A stretch of 64,000 bases of DNA from Fimicolochytrium jonesii (taxonomy: Eukaryota): positions 310,001 through 374,000 of the forward strand of contig NW_026515679.1 in NCBI RefSeq assembly GCF_025526975.1, in the 5' to 3' direction. Below are positions 47,148 to 59,769 of this stretch, in pieces. Numbering within the stretch: position 1 is the first letter of the stretch; every line of letters starts with the position of its first letter. Made by a program: the position numbers and the translations under genes. The notes beneath the pieces are model-generated. The model was not told the origin of the DNA. It searched no databases and saw nothing but the letters and a program-made list of their open reading frames with translations.

Positions 47148-49922
47148 ATGCTCGTATCACAAACCATCGCAAAGGTGAGTTACTCGCCAGATTCAATCTC
47201 CCCCCGCGTTTTTGGTTCCCAGTCGTGACGCAGAGGATCGCTGTCGAAGGCTCGCTGAGGTTTTCAAAAGGGGAAGGAGAAAAGCAAGCCGGAATTGGGC
47301 TGCTACGCAAAAGAATCTGGCTGGGATTCGCTCCAGTGCGTGGGAAAGGGAAAGAAAATCTCGGACGCCGGAATTTTCCCACGTTACCCATGCGAGGATC
47401 TTCGAACATACTCAGCTCACAAGTTGTCTCCTTCTGTCATCCCTGCATAGGCTGTTCGCAGCGGGGCGACACGCGCGGCCGTTAAGTCGCAACGATGCGC
47501 CTTCGCCAGCATTGCCGACACAAAAGTCGCCATGTCTCAATTTGAGAAGAACCAGCACGTCAACTACCAGCGCATCGAGGACAACCTGAAGATTGTTCGC
47601 GACAGGTGAAAAAAAGCTTCCGTATAATTCAAAGCATTTTGGGATCAATTCAAATACCGTTTCATCAGGCTCCAACACCCCCTTACCCTCGCTGAGAAGA
47701 TTGTATACGGACACTTGGACCAACCTAAGGAACAAGACATCGAGCGTGGAACTTCGTACTTGAAGCTCCGCCCGGACCGTGTTGCATGCCAAGATGCCAC
47801 CGCTCAAATGGCTCTTCTCCAGTTCATGTCCGCCGGTCTCCCAACGGTTGCTGTGCCCACCACTGTGCACTGCGATCACTTGATTGAGGCACAGAAGGGA
47901 AGTGTCAAGGATTTGGCTCGCGCTGAAGACATCAACAGGGAAGTTTACGATTTCCTTGCCACCTGCACTGCCAAGTACGGTATTGGTTTCTGGAAGCCGG
48001 GATCCGGAATCATTCACCAGATCATTTTGGAGAATTACGCTTTCCCCGGTGGTATGATGATCGGCACGGACTCCCACACCCCCAACGCTGGTGGTCTTGG
48101 TATGGTTGCCGTTGGTGTCGGGGGTGCCGACGCCGTCGATGTGATGGCCAACATTCCTTGGGAGCTGAAGTGCCCTAAGGTTATTGGTGTTAAGCTCACC
48201 GGAAAGATGAACGGATGGACTTCCCCCAAAGGTATGCATTGTTTATGCTACGAGATCTTGTGTCCTTGGTGCATCACTCACACATATAAATTTTCCATAG
48301 ACGTCATTTTGAAGGTTGCTGGTATCCTCACCGTCAAGGGCGGAACAGGCGCCATTGTTGAGTACTTCGGTGACGGTGTTGACTCCATTTCCTGCACGGG
48401 TATGGCCACCATCTGCAACATGGGAGCCGAAATTGGTGCCACCACCTCTCTGTTCCCCTTCAACCACCGTATGGCCGACTACCTCAAGGCTACCAACCGT
48501 GGTGACCTCGCCAACTACGCCACCACGTTCAGGCACAACTTGACCGCTGATGCTGGCGCCAAGTACGACCGAGTGATTGAGATCGACCTCAACACTCTGG
48601 AACCCCACATCAACGGTCCCTTCACCCCCGATCTTGCTACCCCCATTAGCAAGTTCGCTGAGACCGCTAAGAAGAACGGCTGGCCTTTGGAGGTCAAGGC
48701 TTGTCTTATCGGATCCTGCACCAACTCCTCTTACGAGGACATGGACCGCGCTGCGTCGCTGGCGAAGCAAGCCATCGAGGCTGGTGTGAAAGCCAAGTCT
48801 CAGTTCATTATCACACCCGGTTCGGAGCAGATTCGCGCTACCATCACCCGTGATGGTCAAACCGAAATCTTCGAGAAAATCAACGGTATCGTGCTGGCGA
48901 ACGCTTGCGGTCCCTGCATCGGTCAGTGGGACCGTCAGGACGTGAAGAAGGGCGAGCCCAACACCATCGTCACATCTTACAACCGTAACTTCACTGGTCG
49001 TAACGATGCCAACCCCGCCACACACGCGTTCGTCACCAGCCCTGAACTTACCACCGCCATGGTCTTTGCCGGAGACCTCCGATTCAACCCCCTCACCGAC
49101 ACCCTCAAGACCGCCGATGGAAAGGACTTCAAGTTCTCCCCACCCCACGGCGCTGAGCTTCCCCCTCGCGGTTACGACCCCGGACAGAACACCTACCAGG
49201 CTCCTCCCGCTGACCGTTCCAACGTCAACGTCAAGGTTGACCCAAGCTCATCTCGTCTTGAGCTCCTCACTCCCTTCAAGAAGTGGAACGGCGAGGACTA
49301 CAAGGAGATCCCCATTTTGATCAAGGTCAAGGGCAAGTGCACAACCGACCACATCTCGATGGCCGGTCCCTGGTTGAAGTACCGTGGTCACTTGGACAAC
49401 ATTTCGAACAACATGTTGATCGGTGCCATCAACTCGGAAAACAACAAGGCCAACTCCGTCTTCAACTTGACCAACAACAAGTTCGAGCCTGTCCCCCAAA
49501 CTGCTCGTGACTACAAGAAGAAGAACCTCCCCTGGGTCGTCATCGGTGACGAGAACTACGGAGAGGGTTCGTCCCGTGAGCACGCCGCCCTTGAGGTCCG
49601 TCACTTGGGTGGTGTCGCCGTCATCGTAAAGTCCTTTGCCCGTATCCACGAGACCAACTTGAAGAAGCAAGGTATGCTTCCTCTGACTTTCGCCAACCCC
49701 GCCGACTACGAGAAGATCGACCCCCGCGACAAGGTCGACCTCCTCGGCCTGAAGAAGCTGGCCCCGGGATCTGAGGTCACCCTTCGGGTACACAAGCAGG
49801 GTGGCAAGACTGTTGACATTCCATTGAAGCACACCTTCAACGAGGGTCAGATTGGTTGGTTCAAGGCTGGTAGCGCGTTGAACTTGATGGCTGCCGCTGC
49901 GGCACAGCGTGCTTCCGCATAA
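47148..49922 (+). CDS. ACO1: Mitochondrial aconitate hydratase
   Basis: Presequence exons; [71 protein letters not shown]. Confidence 0.97.
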
Positions 49923-50047
49923 ATGATTTAGCTTTTCGGAATGAAATGTGTCTCTCATCTGTTTTACTATCGTCTTTAATCCAAAAAAACATTTCAAAAA
50001 AGCCGTCTCTCCTTGTTTGATGTCTTCGTCTGATTGAAACATTACAG

Positions 50048-52438
50048 TTATTCTTCTCTAGCATTGACATCTACCCCTTCCTCATCCGCCACCCCACCAT
50101 CCCCCAACGCAGCGGTCTTATCCAAACCTCCCTCCTCCTCCCTCGCCTCCCGTTCCTCCCTGTCCCTCTCCTCCCGTTCCACCCTCTCCCGTTCCACCCT
50201 TTCCCTCTCCCTCTCCAGTTCCCTCTCCGCCTCCTTCACCCTCTCCGCCTCCTTCTCCGCCTCCCTCTCCCCCTCCTCGGCCTCCTGCTTCCGTCGCTGC
50301 TCGACAAGGAACGCCTTGGAGATCCCCATCCCGTTGTTGCCTTCCTTCCGAGCGATGTCGGCGTCGGATTCGCTGATTTCGATGAGTTGGAGGTCGGGTT
50401 TGTCGCGGATGAGTTCGGCGAGTTTGAGGCGGGTTTCGCGGGGGAGTTTTATGTTCTGGAGAGTGATATGGTGCAATGAATCAACGGGGCCAGTTTCCAG
50501 ATGTGTATAATGCGAAAGATCGATGTTACCCGCATATACAGCTTCTCAATACTTGTCGAATTGAGCAACGCTTTGAAGAGCGCAGGCGCGGCGACGTGCG
50601 ACCAGGAGTTATCCGAGATATCGAGTTCCTTGATTCCATCTAATGATGCAGATCCCTCGCCCATCAATAGGCGTTGTACAGAGGAGGACAAATGTGTATG
50701 AATGGGCCGGGACATACAGTTTTGCTCAAGGACTTTTGCGATGGGTGCTAATGCGGCATCGCTTAGCCGTGTCCGTCTGTCGGGGTCGAAAAATGTGCAT
50801 CATTCATTAGACATCATTGATATTCCCTCTCATTGTTAACCGAGCTCACCTCAGATTGAGAACCTGCACAATGTTATTTTTGCTCAAGAACATGGCGACC
50901 GCTTGGCCGTTGTCGCCGATTCCATTCGCCTGCGGATGATGGAATTAAGCCAGGAATTGAGCGCCGTTTCCCACTTTCATTAGATTGTCGTTAGAACCTA
51001 CCTCCAGATTCAAGCTCGTCATCATGTTGTTATCCTGTAAATCATCAAGTATCAGGTCCCCATATTTCTCGCCAGAAGCCATTCTACAGGTAATAGAATC
51101 CCGTGCCTTAATCCCGTTCAATAGCCCAGCTATCCCCCGTTGTCGAATATGGTTCCAGCTCAAATTCAGATCCCTCAGCGAGTCGTTCCCTGAGAGCCCC
51201 ACGCCCAGGGCGATGGCGCCGATGTCGCCGATTTGATTGTCGCTGAGGTCGAGGGCTGTTGTGAAACATGTTAAGCCCGGGAAGGTAGCATGTACGGCTT
51301 GAGAAATAGGCGCTTACTGTGCAGAGACGAGTTGTGGCGAAGACCCTCGGCGAAGAGCTGTGCTTCTTTGTCGCCGATGTTGTTTTCTGCGGAACGTATC
51401 ATTCCAGTGAATATGAACGTGGGGCCGATGTCTCGATAAAAATTTACCTTTGAGGATTAGTACGGCCAACGTGGAGTTGAATTGAAGCATGTCCGCGATC
51501 TCTGCGGACCCGTCGAAGCCTACGCATGGATGAATATATCAGCACACCGTTCAAAGATGCCCAATCAAGACGTTCTAAATGGCACACCTTACCCAACCTA
51601 TTCCCCGTTAAAACCAACGTCGTAAGAGCCCTATTGATCTGCAAACTCCGTCCAATCTCCGCCCCACCCGCCTCGATGCCATTGTACATCAGATCCAGAT
51701 GCTTCAAAGTCGGGTTGGATCCAAGCACTTTCGCAAACGCCTCGGCTCCTTTGGGCCCGAGTCCATGGTGCGGCATGATGATTTCGGCGGCGTCGAGGCG
51801 GTCGAGGATGTAGGATACGGGCACGACGCTGGCTTGCTTGCAGGCGGCGATGTACGGGTGGGTGTTGTTTTTGCGGTTGAGAATTGCTGGAAGTGACGCG
51901 AAGTCAGGTTAGCATTGTCTGTTCTCGCAAGTGCCAGGGGGTCGACGATTTCATCGCAAAACTAACCGGAGACATCCATATCCATCTCCCATCCCGTTTT
52001 CGGGACCTCCACCTCGAACTCCGCGGGCCTTATTGGAGACTCTGTTTCCACGCCCGCATCAACACCTGCGTCCACCGTCTCCCGTGAGGCCACCATCCCG
52101 CCCACTATCCCCGTGACACCGCCGACCGCATCACTCGTTTCCAAAGGCTTGGACTTCTCTTCCTCATTCGCCACCGCGGGCGATTCCTCTTTGGGTAACA
52201 GACTGTTTAAACTGAGGCGTGTTGATGGCGGTAGAAATCGGACGTCTTTCTCCGGAGCCGTGTTGGTGTGGACGCCCTGTGAGAGAGCTTCATGGCTCAG
52301 CAAGGGATCTATTGGGGCTGCCGAGGGTGCTGAATGTGCGGGGATGTCTTGGGATGACGATGCATTTGGCTGCGGTTGCTCGATGATCGCCCCTTCGGGC
52401 GTGATGCCGATGGCGGGAGGAAGAGCTTCTGCTGACAT
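50048..52438 (-). CDS. RNI-type leucine-rich-repeat protein, LRRC74-like, multi-exon
   Basis: IMPHHGLGPKGAEAFAKVLGSNPTLKHLDLMYNGI, LRDLNLSWNHIR, ELDISDN; Glu/Arg-rich C-terminus. Confidence 0.78.
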
Positions 52439-53315
52439 TCCTTGATAACGCAAACGAGCTTGGTATCGAATGATTCGAAATCTATCGGACAGCGAAAAGT
52501 CATGCTTCAGTTTGAGCCCTTTACCAAGATCTCACAGAATCTGTACATGTAGCCATGCTTTAATCCTGCAGAGCCAAATGCACAGGTCCCGGCGTAGCGG
52601 CAAGAACAGTTGTTCGCTTTTCGGTAAGAGTACGTTACGACAAACCCACCTGCTGCTGTCCATACGACACTGAGTCTATGCCTCATCGACAAGGTCGTCA
52701 ATGTCGCTGTCCTGTCAGTCGGAGTGTGCGACTGCGCCATGGCGTAGGAGTGGCTTGCGACGATCTGGAAAGCCATGATGTCGCACAAAGTTGCACACCC
52801 CAAAAGGCCATATGACTTTCTGCCAAGGTAGCATGATGAGACCAGGAGCTCTTACAAGTTGCGGCAGCTTCAATTTCAAGTTCATCTGATCAACGCCCAT
52901 CATCAAGATCCGCTCAAAATTGACGGCGTCCGTTGTTTCAAAGCCTCCCTTTTACAAACGGCGCAAAGCAACGAGGGCTGGCCCCCAATCCCAACAAACT
53001 CCCATCACTGTCCGCTTGCCGCTCATTGATATCCTTCACTCTACTGCAACGCATTGAACGGGTAGTTACTCCCACAAACAACATCGGTGGAAACGACCGT
53101 ATTCGGAAAGTCTGAACGAACTCGACGGTGGACTCATCGGCACTGAAAGAACCTACCGTGCCGTTATAGCACCGTGTGCCAACGCTGGGAAAACGTCACG
53201 TATACGAGCGTAAGGGGGAGCTGCAACCCTCGTAGGCAGGCCGTTTCCTTGGAAGAGGCGAAAGAACGACCATCTTCAACTCGCATAGCTATTTCCGGCG
53301 GACCTAATAAAGAAA

Positions 53316-54471
53316 ATGGCGGCAACTCGAAAACCAAATGGCGCCCGGCTGGACGCCAACCAAGGCTTCACAAGAACACTGCTTCTTTGCATGATACTCC
53401 TTGTGCTCTGTGTCGAAACACTTGCACAAGGCTTCCCCCCCATTTCGCTTCCACTTCCAACCATTCTAATCCCCACACTCCCAGGTAAATGGTTTGTGCT
53501 TGATAGCCTTTCATTGTGGCGTTGCCCTCATACTGTCCTTGCATGTTCTAGGCCGTCCGACCACGACCCCAACAGACACTGCGTCGGACCCTCCTGTAGC
53601 GACCTCAACACCCCCATCCAGCCCGCCGAGCATTACTCCCACCAGCACTCCGCCTACGGTTACCTCCATTACTGCGACCGTCATATCAACATCAGCTTCC
53701 AGTATCGCGTCTTCCACATCGTCTAGTCTGCGAAGCACAACCAGCTCGTCCGCGCAGGCGAGTGTCACTGTCATCAACTCAACCCGCTCAACGACTGTCA
53801 CCTCCTCCGCTGCACCAGGGCCTACTCCTCAAACTGATGCCCAAAAAAAAGAAGCAACGAAGAGGACAGTGTACGTTACAGGCGCCATCTTTGGTGCCGC
53901 TGGCGGTGCTATTCTCGCAGCAATGGTGGGCATCTATATCTTCCGCAAAGTGACACTCCGTCCATCTGGGAACTTCCGCGACCGTATGGCAAAGAGAGAT
54001 GGAGCCGACGGGGGTCTTGGCGTTTCCGGCGGCGCTGGACTCCAAAGACTCGACTCAGTCAGCACAGAATCAAATTATGTGCCTGCAGACGGAAGGCAAA
54101 AGTTCCTGATGGATTTGCAAGGCGCCTCCCGCGCGCCTTCCCCAGGCCCGATGTATGCCTCCGACTACGCTCGAAGTGACTACGGCGGCACAAGGAGCGA
54201 GTCCGGAGGGGCGAGAAGCGATTACGGCGGCGGCGCAGTATATCCTAATGGCGCGCCGGTCATGTATGCCACCTACCCAACCATGAGTGCTACATCCGAT
54301 TACGGCGGCGCACGGAGCGAATACGGAGGCCCAAGGAGCGAATACGGACATCCGGCGGACTACAACGGATATGCCCCATCGGAGTATGCGCATTATCCAC
54401 CCCCGCCAGTAGTGGTAGGCGAGTATGGTGCCCAGCAATACTCTCGATCTCAACAGAATGGTGGATATTAG
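53316..54471 (+). CDS. Mucin-like single-pass cell-surface protein (Mid2/Wsc-like architecture)
   Basis: Signal-like LLLCMILLVLCVETLAQ; intron ~53484-53551; Ser/Thr-rich ectodomain; TM ILAAMVGIYIFRK; tail with RS[DE]YGG repeats. Confidence 0.7.
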
Positions 54472-54924
54472 GGGCCGTCGAGACCCCTATACCATCTCCA
54501 CAAGACTTTTAAGTTGCGGCGTACGCATGGCTGTTGTATATATGAAGCAAATGAGCTCCCAGCCCCCCTTTTCCCAAAGCTCTTGGACAAGGACGAAATA
54601 CGGTGTATTAATGTAGATGCTGTATAGAACTGGAACTTTCACTGTTGGGTGCTGGACACTATTTTTCCGTCTCGTTGCTTGCCATTTGTTTTATCATTGC
54701 CCACCCCCTTGTATTCACACCCCCTGTTCCTATATTCACCCCACTACATATCTGACTGATGCTTGCACCTCATCCGTCTGTCGCAAACTGCATTACGTGA
54801 TTTGGGCATTTGGTATCGATGGTTTGTATTCGACGTCCATGAGAACAAAAAATTTCACACATCAGTCACACTTTGATCTATGTACACTGTGTACATCAGC
54901 ACTTGTCCATCGGGCATCAAATTC

Positions 54925-55606
54925 CTACGCCCCATATATCCCAAACGCCTGTGCCCCGCCACTAAAGTGAGTTGTAGCCGGTCCTCCTAATCCACCACCC
55001 AACCCAGCTTCCCGCTCCCGTGTCGCAGCAGCACGGCGCGCAAGCTCGAGTTCAATGGTGAGTTCTACAACGAGCTGCCAATCGTCATGATAACCCTCTA
55101 GAAAAGGATGGGTCGTGAGATACGCACTGAAATCACAAAGCAAGGATGAGATATTAAGAAACCTTACCTTTAACGCATTTCTTGAACTCCCGTAACGATC
55201 GCTCCGTCTCGCCAAGATGGAGGAGACAGTATGCAAGGAGATGTCGGCCTGGTGTGGTTGCGCCAGGGAGTGTAATCTACCATTTGGCATATATCAGCAA
55301 TATTCCTCTCGAAAGAAAGGAGAGGGCAATACATTCCCCCAAATCCCCCAACTCACATAAATCTGCAAACAAACCAACGCCCTCGAATACGCGCCCAGCT
55401 GGTAAAACTCCTTCGCAACCTTGTACACGTCGTATGCTTCCATGGGGCGGTTGAAGCGGCGTTGGAACCACTCGCCGATTTCTTCGCGGGTCATTGTTGC
55501 TCTAACGTGAAGGTTGAGAAAGAATTTGATGAGATGGGGTTTGCGGTTAGGAGAGAGTGGGGATGGGGTTTTACCGGAAACTTTCGAAGTCGTTGTAGTC
55601 TGCCAT
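54925..55606 (-). CDS. Small TPR-like protein, multi-exon
   Basis: AYDVYKVAKEFYQLGAYSRALVCLQIY and GRHLLAYCLLHLGETERSLREFKKCV have TPR helix patterns; GT-AG introns. Confidence 0.65.
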
Positions 55607-55917
55607 TTTTGGGTTGGGTTGTGGTTAGGTTGTTTTTTGGGCGGGAAGTTGGGATAGAGATCGGGTAGGCGGCGTGGACGACGTGTGCTGGACTTTTTTA
55701 TGGACTGGAAAGATGGGAGAGAGCTGCGACAACGAGGTCCTGATGGTGCACGGTGTTTTCCAACCTCAGTGGGAAGATGACGGGCCAGAGTCACAAGAGG
55801 ATGGAAACGCGCGCGCGTATAACGCGCCCAGATTGACAGGATAATGACAGCTTTGTTTCCAGATCTCGTTCGCCTCTATACAATTCGTTACATATATAGA
55901 TCGGAGACCAAAACACA

Positions 55918-56704
55918 ATGTCTAGTTTCAGCGTCCGATCGTTCTACCTTACCGCCGGCCTGCAAATATGTCTCCTCACAGCCGACCTCTTCATCACGCT
56001 ATTCGCCGAGATACGCCGGCATACCTTCGTCACTGTCGTCATTGCCTATCTGTACGGTTGCATGTCATTTGTCGTGTAACGATTCCGCCGGATGTATGCT
56101 CATTGATATATGATTTCCAGCATCCAGCTCCTCCTCTTCATAGCAAACCTCGTCCTTCTCTTCCTCCGCTTCGCCGGCAGCTACCCGTTCCGCGCCGGCA
56201 TGCTCCGGCTCATGCTGAATGAGTTCAGCGCGACGTTGTGGTCGTGCGCCTTTTATGCTGTGTGCTTTTTTGCGTGTCGGGGGATTGGGCTGGTATACAC
56301 TTGCAACTTGGCCCATTCCTGTGCGAGGTTGCGTCCGGCAAGCTGACATTCATTCGCCTTCGAATTGTAGCCGCTCATGGCCGCCTGCAACGACACACGC
56401 TGCGATTTTTGGACTGCCGGCTACGTCGCTGTGTATACGCTGTTTCGGTTCGGTAAGTCGCCCGCTTTCTCAGTACAGCTTAGCACCGAAATGCAGATCT
56501 TGATACAACAGCTCCTGCCAGCCGAGATACTGTACTACTTCAATATGCTGCGAGCTGCAGTGCAGCTGTGCAATCCAAAGTAAGCCATGGTCACTGCCTG
56601 GGCTGCGAGACACTATGTTATGTCGGGCTAAGGCAAAAGATGATTTCCCCAGGTACTATCAGGACTCGCCGTGGCTGAGGGCTCAGCTTCGGCACGCTTC
56701 GTGA
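55918..56704 (+). CDS. TMEM138: TMEM138 ciliary membrane protein
   Basis: Spliced: LQICLLTADLFITLFAE...IQLLLFIANLVLLFLRFAGSYPFRAGML...FWTAGY...YYFNMLRAAVQLCNPKYYQDSPWLR; parallels TMEM138 motifs (FQAGL, WTDG, DPHFYQDSLWLR). Confidence 0.8.
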
Positions 56705-56987
56705 TTGCTGACTGTTCGGACGTTTTATGCGCTTTATGTAAAGATGTATGTACATACAATACACGACATAGAAGAGACCATAGTAGTATCTTCCTCGCAT
56801 TCGCAGCACAATTCAGATGCCGGATAGTCTTTGTGACCGTCCAATGTTCAGTCACAAAACAGTGTATAAAAAATGGTGCTGTATAAGATGCTATGTACGC
56901 CGCCCCACAAAGGCGAATGCGAGGAGATTGCGCCTTGAGATGAACAGACAAGGTGCTTAGGCATATATGTGATCTACCCAAACAGTT

Positions 56988-59298
56988 CTAAACTTCGTCA
57001 ATCATCAAGCTAGCCTTATACTGCTTAACGACGCCGTCCTGGTTTCCGGTCTTGCCCTCGAACCGCGTGAGCTTGCCCTCATTACACACCCAGACTTCAT
57101 TGCATACGGCGTCGAGGAAGCGTTCGTCGTGGGATACGATGGCGATACCGCCGCGGAACTCGCGCAGGGCTGAGGCAAGCGCATCGATGGAGTCCATGTC
57201 CAAGTGATCTGGAAGGCGATGAGGGGTAAGTAAAGGTTTGCGGATGAACATGTTATGCCTCATAGGGATACTTACTGGTAGGTTCATCAAGAATCAACAC
57301 GTGCGGGTTGCTCATCGCCATCCACGCAAACACCGCTCTACTCTTCTGTCCTCCACTGAGCGTTCCAATGGGCTGCAGCGCCGTCGTGCCTGTTAAGCCA
57401 TACCGTCCCAGCACTCTCCTGTACTCCTCTTCCTGCATGCCAGGGAACTTGGCCTGCAAGAACTGCACACTGCTGGCACCCAACTCCAGCTGATCAACGT
57501 GATGCTGACTAAACAGCGCCATGCGCAACCGTCCATGCCGTTGCACAATACCCCTCTGAGGGGTCACCTCGCCAGTAATAAGCCTGATCAGTGTCGATTT
57601 ACCGGCACCGTTAGGACCAACGACGGCGATCTTGGAATCCATTTGCAGATCGAAGGAAACGCCGTTGAGGATATCGCGCTGAGCGGTGTATCCGAAGCGA
57701 ATGTCGTCGACTTGGAGGATTGGCGGGGAGAGCTTTTCGGGGTCTGGGAAACGGAAGAAAATGTCCTGGCCTTCTCCTGCAATGCCCTCCATGTCATCCT
57801 TCGGTGGCGCTTCAAGTGGAGGAAGCTTTTCGAGGATTTTGATTTTTGACTGTGCTTGTGCGGCACGTTTGGCGTTGTATCTCCAGCGATCGATGAACGC
57901 CTGCAAGTGGTTACGATATTGAAGCTGTGCTTCGTATTCACGGATTTGGTTTCGTCGTCGTTCGGATTTGGTCCCAACGAACACGGAGAAGTTTCCGCGG
58001 TAGTAGTCCAATGCACCATCGTGCAGGTGAAGGATGTCTGTGGAAACGGCGTCGAGGAAGGATCTGTCGTGGGAAACGACAAGTAACGTCGCGGGCCACT
58101 TTTGAAAGTATCTTTCAAGCCATACAACGGCGGGGAAATCGAGGTAATTCGTTACTTCATCGGCAAGAAGCAAGTCAGGTTTACAGAATAGTGCACTCGC
58201 CAACGCGAGACGCATCCTCCATCCTCCACTGAAGGTCCTTGTAGGTGCTCTCTGTTGCTCCGGTGTGAATCCGAGACCGTTGAGAATAGCGGAAGCTTTC
58301 GATTCTGCCTTGTCTGCCTCGATCTCCTCCATTCTTTGATACACTTCCTTAAGACGTTTCGAGAACTTCTCGGCGTCTTCCGTGGTAGTCGATGTTTTTG
58401 ATAACTTTGCGGACAATGTCTTCTCTTCCTCCAAGAGCGAGGTCCGCTCCACGTCCGCTTTCATCACCGAATCCAATGCTGGTGTGTCGTCCCCTGCCAT
58501 TTCCTGCTCAACGTGAAGCACCCTGATATGGGCCGGTAGCTGCAGTTCTTTATGTGCAACAGCTCGCAGCAATGTCGACTTTCCGATACCGTTCTTGCCC
58601 ACCAAACCGTAGCGCCGCCCGTGATTCAGCGTCAACGTCGCACTTTGTAGGATCTTCTTTCCGGCAAATGCAATGTCAAAGTTCTCAATTTTAATGTCCT
58701 TGCTCAAGCTGCCCGCTCCACCCGACGCCTTCATCTGGTTCACAATCAGCGCTGGCTTCACGTCTGGGTTCCAGACTGGGATGGCATCCGGGTCGTACAG
58801 TCCTCGTTTCGCATTCTTCTCCGCTAACTTCTTTTCCGCCGCCCTCAGCTTCCGCTGGTCGACAGTAGTGGCTTTCGGTCCGCTTGAGGACTGCACATGC
58901 CTCAGGTCCACATTCCGCCCGACATCCAACGAGGCCACGTTCTGACTCATAGTAATGGGACCTTCTAGGACTTTGACGCCATGTGATGCTATGGATTGTT
59001 GAGCGGAAGGGCTAAGGGCTGCTAATCGCTCGCATAATGCTTCGACCTCATCATCTGTGCTGCCAGCTTCGTTGAGAAGTGGCTGAAGGAAGTCGAAGAG
59101 ACCATCTTGTGAACGATCGCTGGACTGGTCGTCAAAGTAACCTGCCACCTAATTCCACGAACGCAACCGTTTAGCAGAGTCCTTCTTATGAAAAAACAGG
59201 ACATGCATGCAGACACCCACATATTCCACCAGATCTGTGTCCAGCTTCGGCGCAATTTCGCGAATGTACCCCTGTATTTGAGCGGTTGAAGCTACCAT
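56988..59298 (-). CDS. GCN20: ABC-F ATPase GCN20/ABCF3
   Basis: Two ABC cassettes (GRRYGLVGKNGIGKSTLL, FSGGWRMRLALA; GPNGAGKSTL, LSGGQKSR), FIDRWRYNAKRAAQAQSKIK linker, no TM segments. Confidence 0.92.
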
Positions 59299-59769
59299 GA
59301 TGTAAGACTTCCGGACCGCGGCCCTCTCGCAGATCTGCAATTTACTATCACACAGCGTCCTCACGCCAGACTTTCCTTGCTTGGAACGGACACAACCCAC
59401 TTTTGAAAGAGAACGCGGCGCGAACTGGGTTTATTTATTTTGTGCACAGTACAGTACAGTACGTGCACACTTATCCGATCCCTTCCGCAGGCCTGCTTGG
59501 CATACCAAACAGCCAAGCTGCCAGAAACATCGGTAATCGCTTAAGATTCCCACACGTCCGAACGGCCTGCCTCCCAACAACCGTGCGCTTCAGAGGTCCT
59601 GCGAAGGCATAGCAGTCCTCGTATCGATTCCCTCTCACTTTCTGTCCGGGACTTCGACCTTGGATCCTTGCGAACGGCCCCTCGACACCGCATACTGGCA
59701 CAGCAGACAGGCCCATTCTCCTACGGTCCTCAATTCAAGTTGTAACTAATCGTCCGACGCTGATCAACC

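Noticed and set aside
47412..50042. Long antisense ORFs over aconitase (also 9197-9901 and 32049-32786)
   Set aside because: Expected shadow of strong codon bias in the sense genes; no domain features.
52730..52750. Palindrome GCGCCATGGCGT as an RFX X-box upstream of the LRR gene
   Set aside because: Lacks the GT...AAC ends of the X-box consensus.
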